The position numbers and the translations under genes were made by a program. The notes beneath the pieces were generated by a model. It searched no databases. It had not been told where the DNA came from and worked only from the letters and a program-made list of their open reading frames with translations. Shown here one piece after another: positions 9,479-18,640 of a stretch of 64,000 nucleotides of DNA; the stretch's first letter is position 1, and each line of letters starts with the position of its first letter. Source of the DNA: Candidatus Bathyarchaeota archaeon (lineage in GTDB: Archaea > Thermoproteota > Bathyarchaeia > TCS64). The stretch lies in assembly GCA_043826455.1 (NCBI GenBank), contig JBDRQD010000002.1, forward strand, positions 26,181 to 90,180. The letters are read 5' to 3'.

Positions 9479-9682
9479 CGCTCAACACTATTGACACGGC
9501 CCGGCTTCTAACGGCTTGGAGTCTGCCACAGGGTAGGGTTTGAGCAGCTGAGAGTTATCTGTTTGCCCCTTTGTCACCGAGACATTGTTCGGTTCAATGA
9601 GCGATGTGTGCGAAACATCATCGAGTATTATTAAAATATTTAAACGGCTGAGTTTCCTTAACCTTTAATTGGAGGCTCAACG

Positions 9683-10834
9683 TTGTTCAAGGCGCGTTTC
9701 TGGGTGAGGCTGTTGTTGGCGGTCTCCCTGTCATTAGCCGCCACGGCTCCAGCCGCCCTGTGCTCCTCTGGGCCGAGCTCACGGTACGGGTGCCGGTTGG
9801 TCTACGACTCTGTGAACGAGAGGCTCATGATGTTCGGAGGCACCTACGAGGGGACGTCGCCTCAGGTCTATGACGACACGTGGGCCTTCGACTGGGACAC
9901 CGAGTCGTGGAGGCTTCTGGAGGTTGAGCCCCACCCGCCACTGCGAATGGACTACGGAATTGTGTACGTCCCGGAGCTTGAGGGCTTCATCCTCTTCGGG
10001 GGGTGGAACAAGGGAGGTTGGCTGGGGGACACGTGGCTCTACGACTGCGCCTCCCAGACTTGGACTGAGCTTCACCCCGCCGCGGCGCCCGAGGCCAGGA
10101 CCAGCATGGGGTTCTGCTGCGACGAGGCGAATGGCGTCCTAGTGCTTTACGGTGGTTACACGGAAGCTCTACCCGACATGGGGGACACGTGGCTCTACGA
10201 CTACTCCACAAACACGTGGACGGAGGCCGCGCCGGAGGCCAGCCCACCGGCCCTGTACGGGTGCGAGATGATCTATGACCCATCCACCCAGGCCGTGCTC
10301 ATGTTCGGGGGCCACTACTACGAGAATGACAGGGACTTCTTCATAAGGAGCGTGTGGGAGTACGATGTGGCTGCTAACACGTGGACTGATCGGCAGACGC
10401 AGAGCGGACCCTCTGAGAGGTACTGGCAGAACACGGCGCATGATAGCCAGGACGGCACCGTGATAGTCTTCGGGGGGAGGCGCCTCGGGAGCCAGTACGA
10501 CGACACCTGGATATATAACCCAGGCGACGACAGCTGGACGAGGCTCGACGTGGCTCGCCGCCCCCAGGCCCGATTCCAGTCAGCCTTCGCCTACGACCCG
10601 GTGCGTAACGCGGCTGTGCTGTTCGGCGGCTTCACCTTCGAGAATCGTCAGAACTTCGGAGACACCTGGATACTTGACTTATCCCAGGAGAGCCCAGACT
10701 GGAGGCAGGTGGGCGAAGGGACACAGCCTGAGAGCGCACCTTCCTCGGGTATAGACGGCTTCCCCGCCGAGACCATCTTTCTGGGGATGCTTGCATTTCC
10801 TCTGCACGCTTACTTCAGGAGACGAATGTCATGA
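9683..10834 (+). CDS. Secreted Kelch-repeat beta-propeller with C-terminal anchor
   Basis: Signal peptide, six FGG..DTW.YD..W repeats, tail GIDGFP-hydrophobic-RRR. Confidence 0.9.
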   Translation: MFKARFWVRLLLAVSLSLAATAPAALCSSGPSSRYGCRLVYDSVNERLMMFGGTYEGTSPQVYDDTWAFDWDTESWRLLEVEPHPPLRMDYGIVYVPELEGFILFGGWNKGGWLGDTWLYDCASQTWTELHPAAAPEARTSMGFCCDEANGVLVLYGGYTEALPDMGDTWLYDYSTNTWTEAAPEASPPALYGCEMIYDPSTQAVLMFGGHYYENDRDFFIRSVWEYDVAANTWTDRQTQSGPSERYWQNTAHDSQDGTVIVFGGRRLGSQYDDTWIYNPGDDSWTRLDVARRPQARFQSAFAYDPVRNAAVLFGGFTFENRQNFGDTWILDLSQESPDWRQVGEGTQPESAPSSGIDGFPAETIFLGMLAFPLHAYFRRRMS

Positions 10835-12111
10835 AATCTGAGACCTCATCACTGTCTTTTAAAAAAAGTTTCATGCACGGTGCGCTTCTGCTTTGTATCA
10901 TCCTTCAAACATCAGCACAGCTGCCGTCAACGCTCGCAACAGACTCGAACCCCTCGGAGAGGTACGGTGCAGCCATGGCATACGACGAGGCGAACGGGAG
11001 GCTCATACTCTTCGGGGGCAGCGAATGGGACGACACCCCCACATTCTACGACGACACGTGGGCCTATAACTACAGCTCCAACGAGTGGGTGGAGCTAAGC
11101 CCCGCGGTTCGGCCTCCCCCCAGGTTCAACCCCGGGGTAGCGTACATCCCGGACAGGCAGGCCATCCTCATCTTCGGCGGGTACAAGCCCCCCGAGCGTA
11201 ACCTAGGCGATACCTGGCTGTTCGACGTGAAGACGGACACTTGGCGAGAGCTGGAGCCCTCGAACAGCCCCACGCCGCGGAGCAACGTGGGCATGGCATA
11301 CGACACCAAGAACGGGAAGGTGATCCTCTTCGGGGGCAGCAGCAACTCCGAGTATCCTACATCAGACACGTGGGCCTACGATTTCGAGGCGAACACCTGG
11401 ACGGAGATGCATCCGGCGGCCTTCCCCAAGCCCCAGTACGGCGTCGGTATGGTTTACGACTCCCTGAACGAGCGCATCCTGCTCCTGGAGGGCCACTGGG
11501 TAACCAGGGAGAGCGGCGCGGTGAGGGACGGCTACGACGGCGGACTCTATACGTACGACTATGCCGCAGACACCTGGACGAAGATAGAGTGCTCGACACC
11601 GCCCGGGCGGTACTGGTACTCGACCGCGTACGACAACGACCTTGGGCGGATGATAGTGTTCGGCGGCATCAGGTGGATCGGGGGATACGGGAACATGTAC
11701 GACGAGACATGGGTCTACGATTCTGAGACGAATACATGGTCCAAATCCATTGAGAAGGGTCCCGAGAAGAGGTACATATCGGGGATGGCCTACGACCAGG
11801 GCGGCGGGGTGACCGTGCTCTTCGGCGGCGCAGTTGTCGTAGGTGATGCGCCGGGGGGAGGCGACCTGCGGGAATACTACTCGGACACCTGGGCCCTCAA
11901 CGCCACACTCGGGTGGAGCAGGCTCCTCGAGTCCGCGGCCCCAGTTGAGCCGGCAGAGGCGGAGGAGCCCGAGGCGGACATGGGTATCCCGGCGTTCCCT
12001 GTTGCCTCGTTATCAATCGGCCTCGGCGTGGCGCTCCTGTACCTGAAATGGAAGAGGCTTTCAAAAGCCGCATGGGATGTCTCCCCCGGGGGAGACTCCC
12101 AGCATATATAG
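10831..12111 (+). CDS. Secreted Kelch-repeat beta-propeller with C-terminal anchor
   Basis: Signal-like N-terminus, Kelch repeats, acidic/Pro linker, GIPAFP-TM-KWKR tail. Confidence 0.9.
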   Translation: MKSETSSLSFKKSFMHGALLLCIILQTSAQLPSTLATDSNPSERYGAAMAYDEANGRLILFGGSEWDDTPTFYDDTWAYNYSSNEWVELSPAVRPPPRFNPGVAYIPDRQAILIFGGYKPPERNLGDTWLFDVKTDTWRELEPSNSPTPRSNVGMAYDTKNGKVILFGGSSNSEYPTSDTWAYDFEANTWTEMHPAAFPKPQYGVGMVYDSLNERILLLEGHWVTRESGAVRDGYDGGLYTYDYAADTWTKIECSTPPGRYWYSTAYDNDLGRMIVFGGIRWIGGYGNMYDETWVYDSETNTWSKSIEKGPEKRYISGMAYDQGGGVTVLFGGAVVVGDAPGGGDLREYYSDTWALNATLGWSRLLESAAPVEPAEAEEPEADMGIPAFPVASLSIGLGVALLYLKWKRLSKAAWDVSPGGDSQHI

Positions 12112-12137
12112 GGTCCCGCGGATTAACGTCTGTTGAG

Positions 12138-12746
12138 ATGAGTAAGCAGGACCTCCGGAAGGAGCTGAAGGAGTACTACACGGCTAAGAAGAAGCCCGAG
12201 CTGGTGGACGTTCCCGAGGGCGTGTTCCTAACCATTGTTGGGCAGGGAGACCCAAGCGGCGAGGAGTATATGCAGGCCATGATGGCATTGTACGGGGCCG
12301 CCTACACGCTGAAGTTCAGGCAGAAGGAGCAGGGCAGGGACTTCACGGTCATGGGCCTGGAGGGGCTCTGGTGGACCGACGACATGGTATTCGATCCGAC
12401 TGACCCGGAGAACAGGGCCAGGTGGCGGTGGAAGAGCATGATCAGGCAGCCCGGCTGGGTGACCCAGGCTATGTTGGATGAGGTGCTGCCCGAGCTCCGG
12501 GAGAAGAGGGGCGGCAAGGTGGACCAGGTCAAAGTGGAAAAGTTCCACGAAGGGCTGAGCGCTCAGGTGATGCACGTGGGGCCCTACAGCGAGGAGGGGC
12601 CCACTATAATGCTTCTCCACGGCTGGATTAAGGAGCAGGGCTTCAGGCTCCGTGGCCGCCACCACGAGATATACCTGAACGACCCCAGGCGCACCGCGCC
12701 GGAGAAGATCAAGACCATCCTTAGGCAGCCCGTGGAGAAGGCGTAG
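12138..12746 (+). CDS. GyrI-like small-molecule-binding protein
   Basis: LEGLWW, HVGPYSEE, HHEIYLNDPRR; start trimmed to ATG 12138. Confidence 0.88.
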   Translation: MSKQDLRKELKEYYTAKKKPELVDVPEGVFLTIVGQGDPSGEEYMQAMMALYGAAYTLKFRQKEQGRDFTVMGLEGLWWTDDMVFDPTDPENRARWRWKSMIRQPGWVTQAMLDEVLPELREKRGGKVDQVKVEKFHEGLSAQVMHVGPYSEEGPTIMLLHGWIKEQGFRLRGRHHEIYLNDPRRTAPEKIKTILRQPVEKA

Positions 12747-12787
12747 CACCAGGGTTCAAATACGGGGGCGCCGGTCATAGTGCCCTG

Positions 12788-13645
12788 TTGGACCCCACAT
12801 ATCTGACGCTGCTGCTGCCCATCGCCAGCCTCACATGCCTCAACATGGTGATCCGCCTCTCCGTGGGCAGATCAAAGACCAGGTGGGGCGTCATAGCGTT
12901 CAACTACATGACGGGCGCCATCATAAGCCTCGCCCTGGTTCTGAGCGGCGGCGGGTTCACGGCGAGCCCCTTCACGCTGGCCCTGGGCGTGGTAACTGGT
13001 GCCCTGTACACCTGCGGCATGTTCCTCAGCATGACCACCATGGGGCGGAGCGGGGCATCCATAGCGGCCTCCGTGTCCCAGCTCAGCGTCACCGTGCCTG
13101 TGGCCATGTCCGTGCTGGTCTACGGTGAGACCCTGAGGGGCCTGCAGCTCCTGGGGGTGGCCGTGGCGGTTGCTGCGCTACCCTTCCTGGCCTACAAGAA
13201 GAAGGGAGACCGGAACGGCCCGGTGGACAGCAGCCTAGTACCACTGATGGCTACCATGCTGGTGGTGCAGGGCTTCGCCCAGCTCAGCAGCAAGGCGTTG
13301 GTGGCCGGCGGCCTGGAGGCCGAGAGGAACATGTTCTTCCTAGCGGTTTTCACCTCGGCCACCCTGCTGGCGACGCCCCTCGCTTACAGGGTGAGGGACA
13401 AGGTGGTTTTCCCACGGGACGCGGGCTTCGGAGTCGGTCTGGGCGTGTTCAACATGCTCACCAACATGAGCATACTGCTGGCCCTGAGGAGCGTCCCGGC
13501 CAGCCTCTTCTTCCCGCTGAACGGCTCAGGTGGGCTTATGCTCACCACCTTCGCGGCGACGCTATTGTTCAGGGAGCGGATCAGCAGAGTGAACGCCATG
13601 GGGGTTGCCCTCACTCTGGCGGCCGTGGTCCTCATCAACCTGTGA
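12788..13645 (+). CDS. DMT/EamA family transporter
   Basis: About ten TM segments, GE and FRERI repeat ends. Confidence 0.85.
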   Translation: MDPTYLTLLLPIASLTCLNMVIRLSVGRSKTRWGVIAFNYMTGAIISLALVLSGGGFTASPFTLALGVVTGALYTCGMFLSMTTMGRSGASIAASVSQLSVTVPVAMSVLVYGETLRGLQLLGVAVAVAALPFLAYKKKGDRNGPVDSSLVPLMATMLVVQGFAQLSSKALVAGGLEAERNMFFLAVFTSATLLATPLAYRVRDKVVFPRDAGFGVGLGVFNMLTNMSILLALRSVPASLFFPLNGSGGLMLTTFAATLLFRERISRVNAMGVALTLAAVVLINL

Positions 13646-13686
13646 GCCGGGCAACCTGTTTATAGTCCCCAAGCCGTGGTTCAGCT

Positions 13687-14523
13687 ATGAGCATCCTCAG
13701 AGAGAAGACGCAGCGCCTCATAGAGGACACCGCGGAGGAGTACCCTGCAGTCATGGGGCTGCACTCCGTGAGCCTCACCGACCCTGACGACGAGCTGTCG
13801 CTGAACGCCGACGAGGTGTTCCCCACGGCCAGCATCATCAAGGTGCCCGTGCTCCTAGAGTTCTACAGGCAGGCCGAGGAGGGCGCCCTGGACCCGGGCG
13901 AGGTCAGAGCCCTCAAGGAGGAAGACAAGGTGGGGGGCAGTGGCGTCCTCCAGCATCTCACCGTCGGCTCCACCGTGCTGACGCTGGAGGACTACGCCCG
14001 GCTGATGATCAACCTGAGCGACAACACAGCCACCAACGTGGTCATCGACCAGGTGGGCCTGGACAACGTCAACGGGCTCCTCCAGGGCCTCGGCCTCGAC
14101 GCGACCAGGCTGGCGAGGAAGATGCAGGTCAAGGGCCTTGACCCTGACAGGGTGGAGAACCTGTCAACGCCCAGGGAGCTGACAGGGCTCATGGAGGCGA
14201 TCCACCGGGGCGAGGGCCTGAGCCCGGGCGTCTGCGAGAAGACGCTGGTCATCCTCAGTCTCCACAAGCCCGGGGTGATCAGGGACGCCGTGCAGAATGG
14301 GGTGGATGTGGCGGACAAGAGCGGGTGGATGGGTGGCGTGGAGTGCGACACAGGCATCGTCTACACGTCCAAGCCCTACGCGGTCACAGTCATGGCCAAG
14401 AACATCCCCGCCTGGGACTTGGGCGGCCTAGAGGCCAAGGAGGTCCTCAGGGAGCTGGTCTCAACTGTCCACGACTACTACCTGAACGTGGGGACGGCCA
14501 CCAGGCACGGCCGCAGGCGCTAG
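13687..14523 (+). CDS. Class A beta-lactamase-like serine hydrolase
   Basis: ASIIK (SxxK), SDN, DKSG motifs; no signal peptide. Confidence 0.9.
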   Translation: MSILREKTQRLIEDTAEEYPAVMGLHSVSLTDPDDELSLNADEVFPTASIIKVPVLLEFYRQAEEGALDPGEVRALKEEDKVGGSGVLQHLTVGSTVLTLEDYARLMINLSDNTATNVVIDQVGLDNVNGLLQGLGLDATRLARKMQVKGLDPDRVENLSTPRELTGLMEAIHRGEGLSPGVCEKTLVILSLHKPGVIRDAVQNGVDVADKSGWMGGVECDTGIVYTSKPYAVTVMAKNIPAWDLGGLEAKEVLRELVSTVHDYYLNVGTATRHGRRR

Positions 14524-14716
14524 AAGACTCAAACGTCTAAGGGGCCTCTTCCATTGGCTCTTCGGGCCCCGTTACCCAGTTTTCCTTCGTTTTATGGGCG
14601 GATGCAGCTAAAATGTGATTGAACCCAGTCAAGAAGTGGAACAGAGTACCAAAACCCGGATATTTAACCTCGTGTATAGGAGTCGATCAAGAGGAGTAGT
14701 TACACTTTGGAAGGCG

Positions 14717-16108
14717 ATGACGATGATGTTCAAGGAAAGAGTAGCGGAACTGGAGAACTACATCTTCAAGCGGATGGGCGACGCCGAGATAATAGGCCTC
14801 AGCATCGCCGCAGTGAAGGACGGCCAAGTAGCCTACAGTAACGGTTTCGGTTTCAGGGATTTTGATAAGGGCAGCAGCGCGAACCCGGAGACCACGTACT
14901 GCATAGGCAGCGTGACCAAGAGCTTCACGGCCCTGGCGGCGCTGCAGCTCCAGGAGAGGGGCCTCCTCAGCTTAGACGACCCCATAACCAGGTACGTAAA
15001 CTTCAAGGCCAAGCCCATGGGGGAGCCCATACGCGTGAAGCACCTCCTGAGCCACAGCAGCGGCCTCCCCTCACTGGGATACGCCGAGGCCACCCTGGGG
15101 GCGGTGACCGAGACCTATGACAGCTGGTTCCCCATAAGCAGCCCCAAGGACCTCCTGATCTTCATGAGCGGGGCCGACGAGTGGGCCCTGGCCAGACCGG
15201 GAGAACGCCACGCGTACCTGAACGAGGGCTACATCCTGCTGGGCAGCATAATCGAGGAGGCCTCGGGACGCGACTACGTGTCCTATGTGACTGAGAACAT
15301 CCTCCGCCCCCTGGGCATGGACAGGAGCACCTTCATGGAGGAGGACGTGAAGAGGGACAGGAACGTGGCCACCCCCTACGTCACCAACAAGGACGGCGTC
15401 AAGGTGGCCACCAGGTACCCCTACGGGCAGATGCTGGCCGACGGCGGCCTCATGAGCAACGCCGTGGATATGGCAAGGTTCACCGAGATGCTCCTTAACC
15501 TGGGTGAACTTGATGGCGTCCAGGTGGCGCGGCCCGATACAGTGCAGGCTATGATGGAGCCCAAGATACGCACGGTGGAGGAGCCTGTGCCGGGGGCGGG
15601 CCACCACAGCTACGGGTACGGGATGCGCATAAAGGAGGAGTTCCTAGGCCACAACCTGGTGTACCATAGCGGCAGCGTCTACGGTTCCAGCGCCTACATG
15701 TGCCTGGTGCCCGATGAGGACGTGGCCGTGGTCATACTGGCAAACGGAGGCTACTTCCTGGAGGACATGGGGGAGTACGCCATGGCCCTGCTACTCGGCA
15801 GGGAGCCCGGTGAGGTGCCCTACATGAAGAGGACTGGCGCCCTGGACAGGCTGACCGGCACCTACAGGACCTTCAAGGACACCTCCAGCTACGAGGTGAC
15901 CCGGAGCAGCGGCATCCTCCAGCTGGAGATGACGTGGGGCAGGAGAACCTACACGGTGCCCCTCATCCCTGTGGACCTTGAGGGGGAGCCCAAGCTGTTC
16001 AGGATGTGCGGGGTGGAGGCCACGACGCCGGTGGAGTTCTTCCAGAGGGGCGGCGCCACCTACATGGTGTACGACCGCACCATGGCCAAGAAGGCCAACG
16101 GCTGTTAG
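14717..16108 (+). CDS. Serine hydrolase, AmpC/CubicO (Pab87-like) D-peptidase family
   Basis: SVTK, LLSHSSG, YLN, HSG motifs plus C-terminal beta domain; start uncertain (14717-14726). Confidence 0.88.
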   Translation: MTMMFKERVAELENYIFKRMGDAEIIGLSIAAVKDGQVAYSNGFGFRDFDKGSSANPETTYCIGSVTKSFTALAALQLQERGLLSLDDPITRYVNFKAKPMGEPIRVKHLLSHSSGLPSLGYAEATLGAVTETYDSWFPISSPKDLLIFMSGADEWALARPGERHAYLNEGYILLGSIIEEASGRDYVSYVTENILRPLGMDRSTFMEEDVKRDRNVATPYVTNKDGVKVATRYPYGQMLADGGLMSNAVDMARFTEMLLNLGELDGVQVARPDTVQAMMEPKIRTVEEPVPGAGHHSYGYGMRIKEEFLGHNLVYHSGSVYGSSAYMCLVPDEDVAVVILANGGYFLEDMGEYAMALLLGREPGEVPYMKRTGALDRLTGTYRTFKDTSSYEVTRSSGILQLEMTWGRRTYTVPLIPVDLEGEPKLFRMCGVEATTPVEFFQRGGATYMVYDRTMAKKANGC

Positions 16109-16242
16109 CCTGCCCCATTTTAGCCCTTTTTCTAATCCCCGTCTTTCATCCAGTGAATAAGCGAAACGAGAAATCAACACGAGCCACGTGATGTGGAAAC
16201 TTAAAAATGCGCCCTGAACCCCTAAAGGTATCAGTGTTCTAA

Positions 16243-17346
16243 ATGGGCGCCACGAGGAAGAGTAGGGCACGGGACCTGGGCGTACCCTTCGACGGGGAGC
16301 CGGGTACCTTCAACGCCATAACCGACGTGAAGGGAGTTCTGGTCGGGCACTCGACCATCATCTCAGGGGAGGGTAAGATGGTGGTCGGCAAGGGCCCAGT
16401 GAGGACGGGCGTCACCGCGGTCCTGCCCCGCGGCAGGTGCTATGATCCAGTCTTCGCAGGCTGGTCGTGCCTCAACGGGAACGGTGAGATGACCGGCACC
16501 ACCTGGGTGGAGGAGTCCGGTTTCCTAGAGGGCCCCGTCATGATCACCAACACCCACAGCGTGGGGGTCGTCCACGACGCCGTCATCGAGTGGATGAACC
16601 AGAGGAAGGCGGAGAACCCCACCATAGGCGAGGTTCACTGGTCGCTGCCCGTGGTGGCTGAGACCTACGACGGGCGCCTCAACGACATCAACGGGTTCCA
16701 CGTGAAGAAGAAGCATGCCTTCCAGGCCCTTGAGTCGGCTGCCTCGGGCCCCGTCGAGGAGGGAAACGTGGGCGGAGGCACAGGGATGATATGCCACCAG
16801 TTCAAGGGCGGCATCGGCACGGCCTCGAGGCGGCTGAGTGAAGATGAGGGAGGGTACACGGTGGGCGTCCTGGTTCAGGCCAATTATGGGCTGAGGCCGC
16901 TCCTCACGGTGGCCGGCGTCCCTGTGGGCCGCGAGACACCGGACCTGATGCCCGCCATCAGTGGCGAGGGCGGCTCCATCATCGTGGTGGTGGCCACTGA
17001 CGCGCCCCTGCTGCCCCACCAGCTGAAGCGGCTGGCTAGGAGGGCGCCCCTCGGGATAGCCCGTGTGGGCGGCGTCGGCGGCGACAGCTCCGGGGACATC
17101 TTCATCGCCTTCTCCACGGCCAACCCCGGGGTTCACGGGAAGGGCAAGGTGTCTGAGCTCAGGATGCTGTCCAACGACCTCAACACTGGGCTGTTCCTGG
17201 CCACGGTCCAGGCCACGGAGGAGGCTATAGTCAACGCCCTGGTGGCCGCCGAGACCATGACAGGCGTCAACGGCAACACGGTCTACGCATTACCCCACGA
17301 CAGGCTGAAGGACGCCCTGAGGAAGTACAATCGGTTGGCCGAGTGA
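16243..17346 (+). CDS. dmpA: P1/S58 family L-aminopeptidase/D-amidase (DmpA-like)
   Basis: NAITDV.GV.VGH, PVVAETYDG.LND, G-S autocleavage site GGSIIVV, SGDIFIAFST. Confidence 0.92.
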   Translation: MGATRKSRARDLGVPFDGEPGTFNAITDVKGVLVGHSTIISGEGKMVVGKGPVRTGVTAVLPRGRCYDPVFAGWSCLNGNGEMTGTTWVEESGFLEGPVMITNTHSVGVVHDAVIEWMNQRKAENPTIGEVHWSLPVVAETYDGRLNDINGFHVKKKHAFQALESAASGPVEEGNVGGGTGMICHQFKGGIGTASRRLSEDEGGYTVGVLVQANYGLRPLLTVAGVPVGRETPDLMPAISGEGGSIIVVVATDAPLLPHQLKRLARRAPLGIARVGGVGGDSSGDIFIAFSTANPGVHGKGKVSELRMLSNDLNTGLFLATVQATEEAIVNALVAAETMTGVNGNTVYALPHDRLKDALRKYNRLAE

Positions 17347-17406
17347 ACCGCGCGAGCGCCGCTCGGCCAAGGAACCCCATCGGGCACTGGCCCCGACGCG
17401 GCTCAC
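17343..17406 (+). other. GC-rich branched stem-loop directly after dmpA
   Basis: GTGAACCGCG pairs with CGCGGCTCAC (9/10), enclosing CGAGC/GCTCG and TCGGG/CCCGA hairpins. Confidence 0.35.
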
Positions 17407-17489
17407 CAACATTCTACCTATGCACAATGCGTGTCGCCGGGAGCCGTGCACCGGGGACCACAACCAATATGGAGCCCCGCTTCCTGTGA

Positions 17490-18491
17490 GTGATCGAGAT
17501 GTCCACCGATCACATATGGGACAGGATCAAGGACAAGAGTAACGTCGTAGGCTACTCCAAGAGGCTGAGAAGACGCATAAGGGACGGCGTTGAGATGGAG
17601 GAGGAGGTCATAAGGGTCTACGTCTCCAGGAAGCTCCACGCCTCAGCCCTGGACCTAAAGGACCTTATACCCGGGGAGATCGACGGTGTCCCCACGGACG
17701 TAGTCGAGATAGGGGACATGAGAGCCCTGAACATCTACCCTATGGCCCACGTGACGAGGGTTCGCCCACTCGTCGCGGGGGTAAGCATAGGTAACTGGGC
17801 GATAACGGCGGGGACCTTGGGCTGGTTCTTCAGGGATGGTAGAGGAAGGGATATGCTGGGCAGCAATGCCCACGTCTTCGCAGAAGACCCCCTGAGCCAA
17901 TCGTCAGGCGAGACCCGCATAGTGCAGCCGGGCAGGGCAGACGGGGGCATAGTCCCTGAGGACATGGTGGGCACGTATAACTGGCACCAGCCCCTCGCCG
18001 GGAGCGGCTGCGCATTCTCCAACGCCATTGTGGGCCTGCTGAACGGCGCCAGCGCCCTCCTCGGTAGGAGAACCAGGTTCCATCTCAAACTTACCGACAG
18101 AGCCAGGATCGACTTCGCCGTCGCCGAGCCCACCGTCGATTACGAACTGAAGCTGCTAACAGCCGAGGAGTGGGACGACTTCGTGGGCCTCGGGTTCGCC
18201 GGGAGCTCACAGGCCAGCTTCTTCTGCAAAGCGGAGCACATAGAGGCGGCAGGCTGGAAACCCGTGGAGAAGACCATCCAGGCCGTGACCATCGGGGACA
18301 CCATTCACAAGATCGGGCGCACCTCCGAGTACACATCGGGCCAGATCCTGGACGACTCGGCCTACGGCAGGGTCAGCTACGGCGGCCTGAGCCTGGTGGA
18401 GTTTGACGACGTCATCCTTACGACCCCCATGTTGGAGGCGGGGGACAGCGGGGACTCGGCCTGGAAAACCATGATTAGGAATGCAGAATAA
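17490..18491 (+). CDS. Trypsin-like (Nal1-like S1) serine protease
   Basis: GTLG, SNAHV, IDFAV, GRTS..T.G, GDSG motifs; N-terminal prodomain with GVPTDVVE. Confidence 0.8.
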   Translation: MIEMSTDHIWDRIKDKSNVVGYSKRLRRRIRDGVEMEEEVIRVYVSRKLHASALDLKDLIPGEIDGVPTDVVEIGDMRALNIYPMAHVTRVRPLVAGVSIGNWAITAGTLGWFFRDGRGRDMLGSNAHVFAEDPLSQSSGETRIVQPGRADGGIVPEDMVGTYNWHQPLAGSGCAFSNAIVGLLNGASALLGRRTRFHLKLTDRARIDFAVAEPTVDYELKLLTAEEWDDFVGLGFAGSSQASFFCKAEHIEAAGWKPVEKTIQAVTIGDTIHKIGRTSEYTSGQILDDSAYGRVSYGGLSLVEFDDVILTTPMLEAGDSGDSAWKTMIRNAE

Positions 18492-18640
18492 GTGAGGCGG
18501 TTTTCTGACAGCGTCAAGTTGGGGAAAAATTAGGCAGACTAGTAATCAGCTATTTTATTAAAATTAAAATGGTTCAGCAAATGCGCCACGTAATATGGTT
18601 AATCTTATTTTACCACCAGAGGATAAGAAGATGATTCATC

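Noticed and set aside
13687..14523. True beta-lactam resistance gene
   Set aside because: No signal peptide and apparently archaeal host; family membership alone does not show lactamase activity.
14540..14572. GGGGCC..GGCCCC hairpin as a terminator
   Set aside because: Short stem, large loop, no adjacent U tract.
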